Notes under the pieces: generated by a model
What the model was told of the DNA's origin: nothing
What the model saw: only the letters and a program-made list of their open reading frames with translations
The model's database searches: none
In this document: positions 63,433-64,000 of the stretch, piece by piece
Numbering within the stretch: position 1 is the stretch's first letter
Layout: every line of letters begins with the position of its first letter
Program-made: the position numbers and the translations under genes
Assembly (NCBI GenBank): GCA_020057405.1
Contig: JAGVFW010000002.1
Span: forward strand, 1,621 to 65,620
DNA from: an archaeon
GTDB lineage: Archaea; Micrarchaeota; Micrarchaeia; Norongarragalinales; UBA97
DNA length: 64,000 nt
Reading direction: 5' to 3'

Positions 63433-64000
63433 ATGGTAGTCTGTTTTATCGCAGCCGGCGTGCTTGGAGTCCTGGCCCTCTTTAGCGCCCGCTATCGGCC
63501 GATGGCGAAAGAAGCGTTCGGCTGCGTCTTAAGGAAGGCAACGCTAAGGCCGTGCGAAAGCGATTTTGAGGAGAGAATCAAGTCGCGGATTGTCGCCAAG
63601 CTGCTCGTGCACTCGCCCCCGGCGGCCAAGTTTGTCAACCGCAACGCCGAAGCGCTCGCGTGGCTCATGATTTTAATCACTTTAGTAAGCACGGCGTTTT
63701 TCGTCCAGGGCCTCTACAACTACATTCAGTTCGGCAACTGCAACGGCCCGCTTTCAAACGAGTTCTGCATCTTCGACCCGCTTGGCACCGGCCGCCACCA
63801 GATTAACTCGATAATCGCCCCCGGCATTGGGCCGACAATCGGCAACGGCAGCGTGAGGCTAGTTGAGTTCGGCTGCTTTAGCTGTCCCTACACCAAGCAA
63901 GCGGAATCAACTCTAAAGTCGCTTGTTGCGAACGGGAACATCACCCTTGAATTCCGCTTCTTCCCGCTTCCCTCGCACGACAAGTCGCGGTTAGCTGCCG
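63433..64000 (+). CDS. membrane-anchored thioredoxin-fold (DsbA-like) thiol-disulfide oxidoreductase, 3'-truncated by the window end
   Basis: Manual translation gives two TM helices ('MVVCFIAAGVLGVLALF', 'ALAWLMILITLVSTAFFV') followed by 'VRLVEFGCFSCPYTKQ' (CxxC thioredoxin motif). The frame stays open to the window end. Confidence 0.5.
   Translation, partial: MVVCFIAAGVLGVLALFSARYRPMAKEAFGCVLRKATLRPCESDFEERIKSRIVAKLLVHSPPAAKFVNRNAEALAWLMILITLVSTAFFVQGLYNYIQFGNCNGPLSNEFCIFDPLGTGRHQINSIIAPGIGPTIGNGSVRLVEFGCFSCPYTKQAESTLKSLVANGNITLEFRFFPLPSHDKSRLAA

Overview
High-GC (~60%) archaeal chromosomal segment, almost entirely a protein-glycosylation island. The assignment to Archaea rests on several marks: an AglB/STT3 oligosaccharyltransferase with the WWDYGHW motif; a NucS endonuclease; a KaiC-family ATPase; dolichyl-phosphate-type GT2 enzymes carrying C-terminal TM anchors; and TATA boxes about 25-30 nt upstream of start codons, which implies leaderless mRNAs. 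Contents by coordinate: (i) 164-1510: an MTA-salvage pair, MTAP followed by adenine phosphoribosyltransferase. (ii) about 1.5-51 kb: a glycosylation supercluster holding roughly 9 GT2 and 5 GT4 glycosyltransferases, 3-4 polytopic GT-C (PMT/ArnT-like) membrane proteins each beside a Dol-P-sugar-synthase-like GT2, and nucleotide-sugar enzymes (Ugd, GalU, several SDR epimerases/dehydratases, a DegT aminotransferase, a PseB-like dehydratase, a second NDP-sugar dehydrogenase, RfbF, RmlA/B/C/D, a Gmd-like dehydratase). The same cluster carries two paralogous TylCIII-type C-methyltransferases, a further SAM methyltransferase, a radical-SAM/SPASM enzyme, a HepT/MNT toxin-antitoxin pair, and AglB with a Pro/Thr-rich C-terminal tail; a GlcNAc-1-P transferase (AglH-like) lies convergent just downstream at 51.4-52.4 kb. 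(iii) 13.56-21.2 kb: a markedly lower-GC island inside the cluster encoding three secreted proteins very rich in N-X-S/T sequons (a LamG-domain protein, a subtilisin S8 protease, and a Cys-rich lipobox protein with a PT linker). (iv) 52.4-64 kb: NucS, a rhodanese, a KaiC-like ATPase with a 7-TM membrane partner and a degenerate RecA-like protein, an SDR, a tryptophanase, secreted Cys-rich proteins, MsrB, and a partial membrane DsbA-like oxidoreductase. No rRNA, tRNA or CRISPR was recognised.
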